DNA from: Lepidodermella squamata
Lineage: Eukaryota; Animalia; Gastrotricha
NCBI GenBank assembly: GCA_047495785.1
Contig: JBLDXI010000009.1
Span: 1,116,001-1,180,000 of the forward strand
Reading direction: 5' to 3'
Length of the DNA stretch: 64,000 bases
The notes below the pieces were generated by a model. It searched no databases, was not told the origin of the DNA, and worked only from the letters and a program-made list of their open reading frames with translations. Below are positions 41,400-56,455 of the stretch, piece by piece. The position numbers were made by a program, and so were the translations under genes. Positions within the stretch are counted from its first letter, which is position 1; every line of letters begins with the position of its first letter.

Positions 41400-41947
41400 T
41401 TTGAAAATAAATCATGAAAACTGTTGCGAAGCTGATTGACTTTTAGAATTACAATATCCTGCACGTAGGCTGATACTTCCAATAATTCTGCCGAAATTTG
41501 CTGCGTCAATCGATATTCAATTTAGACAACACTCATCGTTTTCATTAGCTGCAAATATTTGGCTGGTGTGAATCTCATGTTGATTCTCGCCTATGAATTG
41601 TTAAACAAATCAAGGTTTCTAATGCCGCTTTTATTTCGTGGTTGCGATTTTGCTGCAAACATGTCATCTTGAATTGTGCTTCTTTGAAGAAAACTTTATA
41701 AATTTTAAATGTCATATCACGCGAATATCACGCAAAGACGGGAGCAGCATGCGACTTCGTACCTCAGTCTCCAATAAGAACAGTTCATTTCCACACTCAA
41801 CTCAACGGTACATAATCGATCACAATTCGCTATAATTAAGAAGAACTCAGCAAAGATATATATGCATCACGGTGAAGATAAGGTCACACTTGTAAGCTAT
41901 GTGAATGTTTTTCTTCGTTGGCTAGATGACTACACAGCGTCAGCTTC

Positions 41948-43888
41948 TTAATTTTGAGCCATCTCTGGCTTGCGTTGTTGGGTCGAAACACCGGCCTTCA
42001 TGATTTCATCAACCAACAGCAAGTTGGAGGCAATCGTGGAGCTGGAATGCGAACATTTTTATAAATCTGTTATTAATCATATTAACTTTGATTACCTTGA
42101 CGACAAGATTTGCTTCTTGACACAGAAGTTGTCAAGAATGCCCAGATCGGCAGGCAAGCAGCCCTTGCCGGTGGAAATGTCAACGCCGATCGGCTTCTTA
42201 GCCGTCTTGGCTTCCTCCAAAAGCGTGACAATCGTCTCTTGAGCATCGTAACCGGCATTTTGAGCCAGTGTCTTGGGAATGACTAGCAAGGCCTCGGCAA
42301 AGCATTGCACGCCAAGTTTAGCGCGGCCCTTAACGGTCTCCTTAAACTTCATCAGCTCATCGTAGGCAGCGATTTCAAAGGCGCCAGCGCCAGGCACAGT
42401 GCAACCTACAAACAAGATGACTTGAAACCTAATAATTTACATTAGTGCCAGAACAATTACCATCTTCGATCGCGTTGCGAACGGCCATCATGCCGTCCTT
42501 GATCGCATCCTTGATTTGATTGATGGTATGCTTGTTTGGGCCCTTGATCAGCATGGTGAGGCTGCGAGGGTTCTCGCACTTCTCAACGAAAGTGTATTTG
42601 TCCTCGCCCTTGATTACATCAATAAACGAGTTAACCTCAGTACAAAAAGTTCAAAGTTAATCTTACCAAAACATGCTCGTAGACGAGACCAGCATGTCCA
42701 AGCATTTCAGCGGTGAGATCATCGACAGAGTTGACAGCAGTTCCACCGCACACCAAAGGAAGGCTGTGAATATTGAGAAATAATTTAAAATATTTCAAGC
42801 ACGTGAATATTCACCGTTCCATGTTGCGGCGTTTGGCGCGACGCAGAGCAATAATTCCCTCCTTCGCAAACTGGTCCAATGAAGGTGGGTCAATGCCTTT
42901 CTGGTTGATGATGACAAAGTTCTTGTCAGTGCCATCGCAAAGCTTCTTCTTTAGTTCGATGACCTTTTTAACGCGGGCATCGATGTAGGCGCGCTCGGCA
43001 GACAGCATCTTTTCGCGTTCTTCAGATGATTTGTAGAAAAGACCGGCGTTGACCTCGCTGAAAAACATTAAACAGATAAATGTTCCAATCCCAGCAAGCA
43101 CAGTATATACTCACGTCTTTTCATACTCAAATGAAACATTGCAAGTGAGAATGTAGCAATTTTCAACACGTTTTGGCATGTCAGGATGGCGACCACCATG
43201 GTCCAAAACCAGGCCCTTGATTAGACTGCGGAATGACGTTGAAATTATCAATACAAAGTAATTATATTTAAGCTTACGTGGTGTCCATTTCGGTCTTGTG
43301 CTGCATGTCAACAACCTCAATCATGTGCAAATTTAGCGCCTTACCGTCTTGTTTGACGGTGAGGACTGCATCAACAATCTGCTCAGTCAACATTTCGGCA
43401 AGCTCATGGTGAAGCTTTGTGCTCAGCGATGTCCGAGCAACATTCACCAAACCAGCGCGGTCAGGCTTAGCGAGCTTCATTTTTTCCAGCACTTCCATAG
43501 CCTTGTCCCTAGCCAGATCAAAACCTTCCTTGACGATGCGAGGATGAAGACCTTCGTCAATGTAGTTATCGGCTTGCTTGAAAAGCTCGCCAATCAGAAG
43601 AACAATAGAAGTAGTGCCATCGCCGGTAATGTCATCTTGAGCAGTGGCGACTCGGGCAATCAGAGTTGCAGTTGGATGCTGAATTTGCATTTCATGAAGG
43701 AGAACATTGCCATCCTTAGTTATTTTAATGTCACCGGCACCAGAAACCAACATTTTCAAAGTACCCTTGGGTCCTAGATTTGACCGTAATACTTCCTGAA
43801 GGCCCATAGCAGCAGTCCGATTGATCGACAATACCTGCCCAGCGCGAGCAAGTTCGGCACGAGGATTCAACACTTTGACGGCAGCCAT
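41948..43888 (-). CDS. CCT6: T-complex protein 1 subunit zeta
   Basis: [94 protein letters not shown]. Confidence 0.97.
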
Positions 43889-44867
43889 TATATCGAAGAG
43901 TAGTAAATGAACAGTTCTTTAGCGTCTACAGACATGAAAGAAAAATCACGAAAAACTATCAATAAATTGCATAATGTGCCCATGTTGATGTTTGAGGAAA
44001 GAAAGGAAGAAGTCGCGAGTCGCGAATACGCGTTCATGGAGTTGAGCCGTTTGCGAAATGTGAACAAATTCATCATGGATACATGGCTTGCTCTCGCCAA
44101 TACAGCGTTAAATTTGCAAAAAAAAAAACATAGCAAAGCGCAGTTAGAAGTTGAGATCAACTGTAAACGCAGCACAGATGCAGAGCTTTCATCTGTCGTA
44201 TCGCAGATGGCCAATCGGCAGAAGTTCTGCGCTACGCTCATTTTTCCGTCAATCGCAAAAATAGAATCAAAAAATTTAATTCCTAAAATATTTGACGTAG
44301 TTTAATATATGGTACATGTCGAAAACTCAAAAATATACAAGACAACAATAAATTGATATTTTCGAATTTTTAAGTATTTTTTGCCGCAGTAGAAAAGTTG
44401 GCGCAGGAATACGTTGAGCGAAGCGGCTCGGACTTAGGCCTACATTTTTTCAATGAAAGGCTAGCCCGCCGCCGACCAGAGCCTTGAGCACCTGACGATA
44501 TTCGATTTTAGCTGCCATTATCGCGCTATAGGTTATATGGCTTGCCATTATATGTATAGCTTTCAGAGTTCGCGAATATGTTCTGAATTTACGCCTTGAT
44601 TTATGCTCGATTTTTATGTACTCGTGCAGCACACAATTTTCAACGGAGCTTTCGCGTTGCGGCGCTCAGCCTTTGCATTGACTATCAGGATTAATTTATT
44701 GACACTTACCTTTACTTCCCTTTTTGCTTTTCCTGTCTTTTCCCTTTTCCCTCACTCTTCATCATTTGAATTTGCTAGAGTCAGTATCTGTTTCTAGTTG
44801 CATGCCTCGCATACTTAATTTTTATTCCGAACCCATCAATTAGATCATAAAGTTTAGTACTTATTTA

Positions 44868-46153
<1,286 letters not shown>

Positions 46154-46257
46154 GCACTCATGGCGTCATGATCGTCTTCTGATTTGATTTGGACTTGGTG
46201 CATATATTCTTTCTTCCTAATTACATTATTGTTGTTACTATAGGGAGTTCGCATACA

Positions 46258-47702
46258 ATGTTAATAAAGAAATTATTATCACCCTCTCAACCTATTTTGC
46301 GCGTGGCTTTTCGCAAACTGCGCAAGTCAGCTTCTGGGGGTGTTAAAGAGTCAAAATCCGAGGAGACCTTGTCAGCCGGTAATAGCGAAGTTTCAGACTT
46401 GCTTGATTACGCTCAGAGTTTGAATCCAGATTCTTCAAATGAATTTCCATCTGACAGGGAGAGTCGTTTAGCCCAATTAAAGTAAGTTCAGCTGTCAACT
46501 GAATATTAATATTAATTGAATTATGATGTTTTTAGACAGCAGCGAGATCAATCTCGCCACGCAATCAGACCAAATATAGACCCTGCGATCACGAGTATCT
46601 TTCTTTTTCCGGGCCAGGGTAGCCAGTTTGTTGGGATGGGGAAGAAGCTCTTGCCCATACCTGGGGTTCGTGAGCTGTACACGAAAGCGTCTGACATTCT
46701 CGGCTATGATTTGCTCAGTCTGTGTCTCACTGGCCCTAAAGAAGTGCTGGATAAAACAGTGCATTGCCAACCTGCCGTCTTTGTTACTTCTCTTGCAGCT
46801 CTTGAGCGAATGAAGGACGAGAGGTGTGATGTAAGCATTACTATTCTCATGTGTGCAAGTCTTTTATACATTCTTAATTCTTAGTTGATCGAAAAATGCG
46901 TCGCCACTGCGGGTTTCAGCATTGGAGAATACGCTGCTCTGGTCTTTTCTGGGGCATTGAGCTTCGAAGAGGGCTTGGCGTTGGTGAATGCAAGGGCTAA
47001 GGCAATGCAGGCGGCTTGTGAAACTATTCATGGAGGAAGTGCGATGCTTACTGTATTTCTAGAGCCCAGTAATCGTTTAGGACAAGCAATAATAGCCGCA
47101 AAGCTATATTGCAAGGTTTAAATATTACATGGATCAGTCGCGGTCATCAATTTTCATTATTTCAGGAAAAATTGGGCGTGGAAGAACCGGTCTGCGCGAT
47201 AGCAAATTATTTGTACCCCGAATGTAAGGTCGTTGCTGGCCACGCTGAAGCGTTGAAATTTATTGAAGACAATCGGCGCGAATTCGGCATTTCTCGCTGT
47301 AAAAGAATTCCGGTTTCAGGAGCGTTTCATACGCCTTTAATGAAAAATGCCGCCGATATTTTCGCTAAAGATGCCTTGAAATCGGTTCAGTTCAAGCAAC
47401 CTCGTATCCCAGTTCACTCTAACGTCAATGCTCGACCATATCAATCCCCAATTCAATTGGCTCAATTTTTGCGAAAGCAGCTTTATAAGTTGGCCAATTT
47501 TTGTTTAAAAAATTTCATTTTTTCACATTAACTTTGATATAGACCGGTGCTGTGGGAGCAAACACTTCATGTTTTGTATACGCGTCCGAAAGGTACGGCT
47601 TTTCCGACGACGGTTGAGTGTGGGCCATCGCGTCAGTTGGGAGCTTTGCTGCGTATGACCAACCTCAAAGCCTACGCCAGCTATGTGCCAGTCGATTGTT
47701 GA
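46258..47702 (+). CDS. MCAT: Mitochondrial malonyl-CoA:ACP transacylase; 5 exons
   Basis: Basic presequence, LFPGQGSQFVGMG, HCQPAVFV, GFSIGEY, PVSGAFHTPLM, PVLWEQT, ECGP. Confidence 0.95.
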
Positions 47703-47794
47703 TGTTTCATTTTGTACACAAAATACGGAACCTTACGATAATTAGCCCTATTATTCTCGTTATAGAAGATTTAATTGATTAATTGTGCCGAAGA

Positions 47795-48797
47795 ATGTTA
47801 CTGCCAATTCTATCTACTCTTCTTCTGGCTCAATATACCAATGCTTTGGGTAAAATCGTCTGGTCTGTTAATGCTGGTGGCGAAAGTCACACCGACAGCT
47901 TTGGGATTTATTACGCTAGGGACAACTGTAGGTTACTCGAAAAATTGTAGTGTTTTAATGTTGAAATTTTTCCTGACGACAGTGAAAGTTGGCACGGCAT
48001 CTGATTACGGCAAAAGCATGTTGATTCAGCGGGTTTCACCGGTAAATTTTCAAAAATCAACTGCGTTTTTGCCTCATGATTTTTCGTTACAGCAAGATAT
48101 GATTTTGTATCAAACCGAACGTTATCATTCGGCGACCTTTGGCTACGATATTCCAATTAAAGACGATGGCCAGTACGTTCTTGTGCTGAAATTTTCCGAA
48201 GTCTGGTTCGCGGCCCCCAATCAAAAAGTATTTGACGTTTTGGTAAATGGCGAGCATGTTGTCGTTTCGCAACTGGACATTTTCGCCAAAGTTGGCCGCG
48301 CTGTCGCTCACGACGAAATCGTCCCGTTTGAAATTTCGAGCGGTACGCTGAAAATCAACGGCGAATCTTCATCTTTCGACGGCACTCTCAGCGTCGAATT
48401 TATCAAAACTGATGCCGATAATCCGAAAATCAACGCGATTTACGTTATGAAAGGCAAAATTGACGATGTTCCAAAACTGAACCCGATTCCGACGAAACCA
48501 CCACCGACCGAGACTGTCGATGAGTTTGAAGACATTCCAGAAGAGCCGATTGAAGAGGAACCGCTGGACGAAGACGACTCGATGCTGCAACACCAGCAAT
48601 TACTGAAGCAAAAGCAGCGCGAACGACGTGCTCGAGAGGCTAATCAAGAGGCTGATAACAAACGCAGGGCTCACACGTCGGGAAAACGAGCTGCTGATCC
48701 GTTCGAGGGCGAAGACTCCATGAGCTCAACACTGTTGCCAATTATTGCCGCCGTTATCGCTTTCATTCCGCTCACAGTTTGTTTGTGGCGACTCTGA
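47795..48797 (+). CDS. MLEC: Malectin; 3 exons
   Basis: Signal peptide, VNAGGESHTDSFGIYY, GTASDYG, LYQTERYH, VLKFSEVWF, KVFDV, DNPKINAI, C-terminal TM ending PLTVCLWRL. Confidence 0.95.
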
Positions 48798-49330
48798 TGA
48801 AGAAGACCTGACAAAATCTGACGATGACTGGTTGTAATTTTTCTCAACATCGTTATAAATTATTTCCTCTTGCGTATGTCTTGTATAATTTTTCTCTCTC
48901 TCTCGGCTATCTGTGTTCAACTATTTAATGCCGCTTGAATTGCCAAAAGTGCCGAAACAAGCAGCTAAGAAAAATGGCGTATAAGCGTCTTTCTTTTCGG
49001 GGCGTTTGACTTGACAGAAGAAACGAACACGACTACTACCTAGTGTTTTAAACTGCTCAACTATTATTATATCACAAATTTTATCTGCTGAATATCTGGC
49101 ACTGAAAGACATCATTTAATTTTGTCTCTACTCATCGAAAACAATCGTAGTTTCCTGGTGTTCTGTTCCGTCTGTGTTTTATCAAAACGAGAAGCTGCAT
49201 ATGCGATATTATACAAGGTATGGCCGCTCCTGTTTTTCTATGTCTTCATTTTGGTGGTTTGAAGAAGTCGATTATCTATTTCAATGTTTTTTGTCTTCTG
49301 TTTTTTAGCGGAGGTTTTTTTTACACGAAA

Positions 49331-50962
49331 ATGTATAATGGCGAAAACCCCGTTCAAGACCGACAACTCGCGTCTCGCCGTCGTTTACTGGCGACCTACT
49401 TCCTACCAGCCATGTTCATTTTTTTCGGCATGTCCAGCTGGATTAGTGTCAACGCGTTTTGGGTCGAAACGCCCATTTTAGCCTTCATTCAACCGGAATC
49501 ATGGCAATTACCGTCGTACGGCGTCGTGATAGTTCAACTCGGAAATATCGGCCCATTGATCATGCTAGCCGTGAAAAATCGCGTGAAATACTCAACGGTC
49601 ATCTACTTGATTTTGGGCTGGCTGATCACAACGAATATTGTCCTTTCCTTCGTTTACAAGATCACCACGGAAATTGGTGGAGAACTCCACAGCCTGCCAC
49701 TTTTTATTGAATTGTTTTTCCTGGCTCTTTGCGATTGCACGAGTAACGTAACTTTCCTGCCTTACATGGCGAATTTCAACGCCCGGTATTTGGTTTACTT
49801 TTTCATTGGCCAAGGATTGAGCGGCCTTGTGCCAAGCTTCTTCGCGATAATCCAGGGCTCGGGTTCTTACGACTGCATTGTCACCAACATAACGAATCCT
49901 ACCACGAATCAAACAGTGGTGTATCCGTCTTTTAATGATCCGAAATTCGGCTTTCCAGTTTTTCTCTACGTGGCAAGCGCGTTGATAACGATGTCGCTCA
50001 TCGCTTTCATTTTAATTGAAATAACTCTGCGGAGATTGAAGCTTAAAGCCATTGAAGAGTCTAAAGTATCGTTCACGGTTCCTGAGACGTTGACTGATCA
50101 CATCACGCCAATCAGCAAGATCATCAACCTGCCACATCTAGATCCTTTCACGACGAACAAAGCTGGATTTGCGCAATCGTCAACTGCAGTAACGGAATCA
50201 GCCACCGCTGTTCAACAGGCGTCCGGTCGCGAAACGGACAATTTAATCGGCGAATCGTTCCCAGTTGTCGCTGGTCGCTCGACGACTTCACCGGCGGTCT
50301 ACGACGCGATCGACTCGAGACCTCAAAGTTCGGTTTTCCAAGACGGTGAACGGAATGCTAACCGCCTAAATCGCATCCCGTTCACGAGAAAAGCATACTC
50401 GCCTCTTGATTTCATCTTCGAATATTGTATTAACGCCTCGATTTGTTTTTTGACCAACGGCTTTTTGCCTAGCCTAGCCTCTTATTCCGCTATGCCTTAC
50501 AATTCGCTCACGTACAGTCTTTGCGCCTCTTTGTCAGTTGCATCGACTCCAATAGCCTGTTGGATGACCATGTGTGTCAAGTGAGTAATTTTACAAAGAT
50601 CGAACTTCTCAAATGATTAATTTCATTCCATTTTCAGAGTACGGAACATGAAAATATTGACGACCATTGTGGCTATTGGCATGATCCCAGTTGCTTACGT
50701 GATAACGTTGGCTTCTCTCAGTCCATCCCCGCCTTTGCACGGAGAAGTAGCTGGCCAAGCTTTGGTTATCATTTCTTGGGTCGTTCTAACTTGCTTGTTC
50801 CAATTTTCGCGTGTAAGCATTGCCCAGCGCGTTCAAAACGGCGGACAAAGGGCGTTGTTTTGGTTTGGACTTACAACTCAGGGCGCTTCGTTGATTGGCG
50901 CGATAATTTCGTTTCTACTCGTTACGACTTTCAAAGTCTTTGTGAATCCGACCCTCTGCTGA
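49331..50962 (+). CDS. SLC52: Riboflavin transporter (SLC52/RFVT family); 2 exons
   Basis: FGMSSWISVNAFWVETP, PESWQLPSY, DCTSNVTFLPYM, GQGLSGLVPS, NGFLPSLASYSAMPY, SPSPPL, LFWFG..TQ. Confidence 0.92.
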
Positions 50963-51202
50963 TATTATAGCCGCGTTTTTACGTTTTTCGTCGAACAACT
51001 TCATGAACATTCCAACAATCAATAATCAGATTCAAACCCAAAACTTTCAATGAACCCGCCTCAATATTGATGCTATTACGATTGATGATTTTTAGATTTT
51101 TTTGAGATGTTTTAAAAGAATTTAATTCATTTAGTCAAGAAATATTATTTCATTTTTTTTGCTGATAATTATATTGGTTTTTTTCTCATAGATTTTAATT
51201 GT

Positions 51203-52574
51203 ATGGTTGTATCGATCAGTGGCCGAAACTTGGGCCAGGAGGAAGAGCTTTTTTCCCACTTCGTCGAGAACTCGCAGGAGCGTGGAATGAAGCGGAAAAA
51301 GCGGAAACAACCCGCGGCCAACAATGGTAAGCTATACCCTCGTTTTTTGGACAAAACTAAACGTTTTTTCTCGCAGTAGCCGAAAGCCAAGAGGAAAGCT
51401 CAGATGAGGAAACAACAATTACTGCCTTGGATAGGGTAGACCTCGAAGATCAGTAAGTAACAAATTTTACCTTGAATTGTTTGACATGCATTTTTCACAG
51501 GTTATTGGAGCAAAAGCTTGATTTATTAAAAAAGCAGCTCGAGCAGTTGGAAGCTGGAATTTTACCTGATTTCCAGAAGCGGGTGAAAAAGATCGAGCAA
51601 AAGCGGGTCGATTGGATGAAAATGATCAATCTGCGCTACGAGCATGAGGTGCAATGGCTCGAGCGGCAAGTCGCTAAGGAAAAGAATCAGTTAGAACTGG
51701 ACTGCAAGGAACGCAAACAAGAGCTGAAAGAGACTATGCTCGCTGATATTGAGGAACGAAAGCGGAGGGTTGAAAGCGATGTTAATGCTATGGAAATTTC
51801 AACAAGTCTGTTGTCGAAGCCTTTTTTAATTGCTCTTTTTAATAAGTCAACTTAATTTCAGATGGTCATAGTCATAAACCGGTTTCTCGCAAAATAAACT
51901 TGCGACGGCGCGCAGCCGACCCGCCTCCGGCTGTTGACAAACGGCGGAAGGGCGCTGGTGGTCCGAACATGTTGGTTTTCCGGTTAAATGAAGACGACAT
52001 CGAAGAAGATCTGGCGACTTTGACGCGATTTTGCGGTAACAAAACTCTTGCCAAACGCGCGGCTTGCGCGCTTCAGTCGTCTTTATCCGGCCCGCCGCCT
52101 GGCGTGCCTGCTAATGGTTACGCTCATACTGCCAGGTATGCACCAAACATTTTTCATGTTACTTATGGAGGTTCGTTATACTCGTTTTGCAGCTCTGCCA
52201 GCGCATCAACCGGCCTATTCACACGGCAACAGGCTGTCGCTGTATTGAATGGCGACGCGTCTGCCAATCGCGATAACGCGAATGCGACTGAACGGTTGTT
52301 CGAAGCCCGCATCGACCCTGTAGGGAAGCGGTTGTATTATGAAAAACGGTGGTACTCTGAAGGCCACTCGGTTTTCCTCGATACAAAACCCGCCGACCAA
52401 CAGGCGCCAAATAACAAGGACAATAACAACAACAACTCACGCCGGTCAGGGGTGATTATCTCGGTTGTTCCAAATGAAATCGTTATCAAAATGCTGGGTT
52501 CGAATCAACGTCTAAGAGTCACGCCGCGTCAACTCATCCAAGGGCGTTACACGATTAGGAAGCGCGCGGCCTAA
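51203..52574 (+). CDS. SUDS3: Sin3 HDAC corepressor component SDS3-like
   Basis: Acidic N-terminus, coiled coil KLDLLKKQLEQLEAGILPDF...ELKETMLADIEERKR, NLRRR, LNEDDIEEDL, C-terminal RIDPVGKRLYYEKRWY...GRYTIRKRAA. Confidence 0.85.
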
Positions 52575-53846
52575 CTTGAAAATGCCAGTCATGCCACGCT
52601 TTTTACGTATTATTGTGGCCCAAGATCTTGTATGATAATATTGTTTTTTTGCGTTGCGATTCGCGCCTCGATATTGCTTTCCGTGTAGCATAAACTATAC
52701 GTTCCGACCCACTGATGACATCGACATTGATATATTGATAAACAAAATTGTAAAAACTCGCCTCGCAGCAATTTTACGTCTTTTTTCTTATCGAATAATA
52801 TCTTTTTTGTTCCTCATTGAATCCAAAGGAAAGTGCTGGATAAATATTTCGGTTTATTTGTAATAAAGACTTGAGTGCATTATGGGAGTTATTGAAGTTC
52901 AGAATGGGTTTGCACCTTATTGCCGAGTTCAAAATGATCGAACGCCTGACGTTAAGTATTCGATGCATCATCAATAAAAGAACGAGCGAAACGATTTTCC
53001 GTTATATTATGGCTGCTAAGATAGGTCGAATGAAAGATCAATGTGGTATCAGGGTATAATTGTTAAATAAACTCCGATGATGCTTGTCATAACACAAAGT
53101 TGCGCCAATCATCCCACAGGCGCTACATGAAAGGAGCCGTCGATTGATGAAACCTGCATTTTTTGTATCGCGTTGCCCTATAAGAAATACATATTGCTAT
53201 CGGCAAAAGTAAATGCATAATACCGGGTAAATAAGTAATAAGGTTAAATGCAGAGTTTATACGTTCTTTTCACCGCCACACCCCACGTTTATTTAACGCA
53301 CTCGATACCAGCGTAATAATATTTTTCAAATGAGAGATTCTGGCATTGCTCCTCGACCGTTTTCGTTACCGTGGAACGGTATACCTATACATATTTTTGC
53401 GCATTTATATTTAAAGTAATGCGTGCGCTCTAACGGTAATAACGCATAGCAGCCGGGGTGGGGTTATCGAATGGTTCACAGATCATTTTGTCTAGCAAAA
53501 CAAAGCAATCAGAGTCACGACGTTTATTTCCGATAAGTTAGGTCGTAACTCGTAAAACTGGTTAACTGGTAAAATCATCTATACCTATCCACCTTTCAGC
53601 GTGGTCGTTATTGTGGCTTGAAATCAATGGCCCTCTTGCCAGGCATTATCATAAGGCATTTATTGGCTACATTTAAGCTTCTATTTATAACAACTCTCGA
53701 TGCCAATTTCGGTAATTTCAATTTTATTACCCTGCATTACCAAAATATGTTTACGTTCACCCATGAGATACAATTCACATGCAATTTACTTCCATCTCGT
53801 AAACATGTGATTTAGGATTTTTCAAATAATTCAAAAAAAGTGGAAC

Positions 53847-55333
53847 ATGCCGAAACTTTTGGTGGTTGTTCTGATTGCGCTCAGCACATCCCTCGAATTA
53901 GCACTAGCAAATAACAAAGGCGGAGATTTGTGCACTGTATTGTGCTCAAGCGCCGTGAAATCTGCAGATGTTAACAGCGAAAATCATCAACAGTCGCTGT
54001 TAGATCACGTTATTAATCGACAAGACGATTTGGACTATATCAAGGAAAACCTTCGCAATAATACACGAGAATTGCTCACCGTAAGGTCACTGATCTTGGA
54101 TTTATGGCGCAATCAGCTATCGAATAACTCCGATTCGGCTGAGGCCAAAGAAATTAGATTAGCCAGAGTTGGTGCGTCGCCCATCAACCGGCCTCGATAT
54201 CAAGCGCTGTCAGCTGGAAAGAGCTCCCTCGAATCCCAAGAGAGAGACAGGCTACTCGACAATGAACTCGAATCTCTGTTGGAAAATAAGAATGTTATTC
54301 GAACAGTCCCGTCAGGTTTGTAATTATCTTTTTGTTAGAATAAATCAAAGATAATTAAAAACCTTAAGATTGCGAAGAAGCAAGAAGATCCCTCGGCAAT
54401 TATTTTATCGGCCGATATTACACTCAAATTAAGCCTGCCGAAGCCGCAGAGGCGTTTCTAGCCGGCTGCGAACTGCGTGATGACGCCGGTTGGACAATTA
54501 TCCACAAACGCGTGGACGGTGCACTGAGTTTCGATCGACCTTGGCTAGATTACAAAAATGGCTTTGGGCTAGCAGAAGGCGACTTCTGGCTGGGGAACGA
54601 ACGCATTCATCAGCTCACCAAACAAAGTTCGTCTCTTTTGTCTTTTGACCTATTGGCTGTTGAATCACAAATCATTTGTTGGCCACTAACTTTACCACCA
54701 GAACAGCCTGTTAGCTGTTGTTCCCAATGTTTTATCGTACCCAAAGTTTTGACCTGAACTATTTATTGTTTACAGAAGATTATAGGCTACGAGTCGAGCT
54801 GCAAACTGGGAGTGGACGCAAATTCTATGCCGAATATTCAAATTTTCGTATCGCCGATGAATCTGATAACTATCGGCTAATGGTTTCAGGATACCTGGAT
54901 GGTAGCGCTGGTGACGCACTCACCGGGATTTTGTCTCACAATGGATCTCAATTTACTACTCACGACCGGGATAATGACAAGTTAGCCTAATTTCAAATTC
55001 GTTGGTTTTTTCTCTCACCTTATCACCCGTTCAAGGTACGAAGCTGGCAATTGTGCTGTTCAGTATCACGGCGGCTGGTGGTTTCATTCGTGCTTCGTGG
55101 CATTTTTAAACGGGATCGTCCCCACGAACAATGCGGCGGCGGCGGTCCCCCCTGGCTACGCAAACAGAGAAAGCTCCGCCTGGCACGCCAGGAGGGTGCG
55201 AAGTTTCTACGTACCTGCTATGGCTCAGGAAGGCATCGTTTGGCGAACGATCAATAAGCGTCAGACCAGGGACTCTTCTTACTACGATGATATCGCGATC
55301 AAAATGGCAATGATGATGATCGCTCCGAAATGA
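53847..55333 (+). CDS. Secreted coiled-coil plus fibrinogen C-terminal domain protein (angiopoietin/FReD-like); 4 exons
   Basis: Signal peptide, coiled coil, DCEE, GWTIIHKRVDG, YKNGFG, FWLGNERIH, AGDAL, FTTHDRDND, NCAVQYHGGWWFHSC. Confidence 0.9.
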
Positions 55334-55807
55334 GAAATTATTATATCCTCGGAGAATCATGGATGGAAAACGTGTCTGCAAGTGGAAGCGTTTTCTGTTT
55401 TCGTGATAATTTGTCATTATTTTTTACCCTTGAGTTTTATATCAAAATCGCAGTAGATAGCATGCTCACATTTCTTATAGTTGCTTCTTCTGAAAATAAC
55501 AAACGGCGAAAATAAAACTAGAAAACTTCGGAAAACGAAACGGCTTTTCAACAATCCAAACACCCAGTTTTATTAAGTTAACATGCACAACCTCCTTCAA
55601 AAATTCAGAACAGAAATCTTTGGCAATGTCGCGCCGAATTGTGGAACAATTCAACTAAATTAATTTTAGTGCTCAAGTCATTGCACTTGTATGAGAAACG
55701 CCGTAGCACTAGTACACGCAAAAATTCACAGTAATGCTCTGATTTAACAGCAGTTAAAGTGCCTGCTTAGAAAGTTTCGACTATTTCGTTGCTGCGTTTA
55801 GTTTCAT

Positions 55808-56311
55808 CTAGCCAAGAAGGTATCCAGGCAACTTGATGCGCATGAACAGACGACACATGAAGAACGCGATGACGATGGAGCCTAGCGAGACGCAGAGCAG
55901 GAGGATGCGGGTAAGGCGGGGCATGCTCGGCTTGTTCGTTTGATCGAGCAAAATGAAGCCGACGGCGCCAAGGGTGAACATGAAGCTGCTCGCGAGACCT
56001 TCCATAATGTACTGGCCATTGACACGATAGGCCATGAAAGCGACCGGCTTCGAGTTGCCGCGTTCGTCCGTCGTCGATCCGATGCTCGGCGGTTCGACAA
56101 TGATGTCATAAATAATTCCACCTTTAAAATAAATGAATGCATGCGGACAGATGAAAGACAAAATAATTAACGTACCAGTTACAAGAAAATACGACAGCAG
56201 AATTACAGAGAAAACAAGCATAGCCGATGGCATTTTGACCCAAGACGGCTTCTTCAGCTTCAGATTCGGGCATTCGAGCACCGAATAAACCGCGCCGTAG
56301 ACAGCTTCCAT
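55808..56311 (-). CDS. OSTC: Oligosaccharyltransferase complex subunit OSTC/DC2; 2 exons
   Basis: [59 protein letters not shown]. The short intron happens to be in-frame and stop-free. Confidence 0.96.
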   Translation of the reverse strand: MEAVYGAVYSVLECPNLKLKKPSWVKMPSAMLVFSVILLSYFLVTGTLIILSFICPHAFIYFKGGIIYDIIVEPPSIGSTTDERGNSKPVAFMAYRVNGQYIMEGLASSFMFTLGAVGFILLDQTNKPSMPRLTRILLLCVSLGSIVIAFFMCRLFMRIKLPGYLLG

Positions 56312-56455
56312 TTACGAATTAATTCCTAAACGATTTATAAATAATAAATTCATTATTCAACGCAGGAGATAAATGGATAAAATTGTTAAAATTAAGGCTA
56401 AGCAATCACAGAATAGTCGATCAATCACCAAAAAATGTCATCAATCCCTATCAAG

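Noticed and set aside
43907-44305. 132-aa plus-strand ORF
   Set aside because: It lies in the CCT6/ASPDH divergent promoter region, abuts the CCT6 5' end on the opposite strand, is intronless and has no recognisable domain.
46905-46930. MCAT active site GFSIG instead of GHSLG
   Set aside because: GFSxG is normal for animal mitochondrial MCAT.
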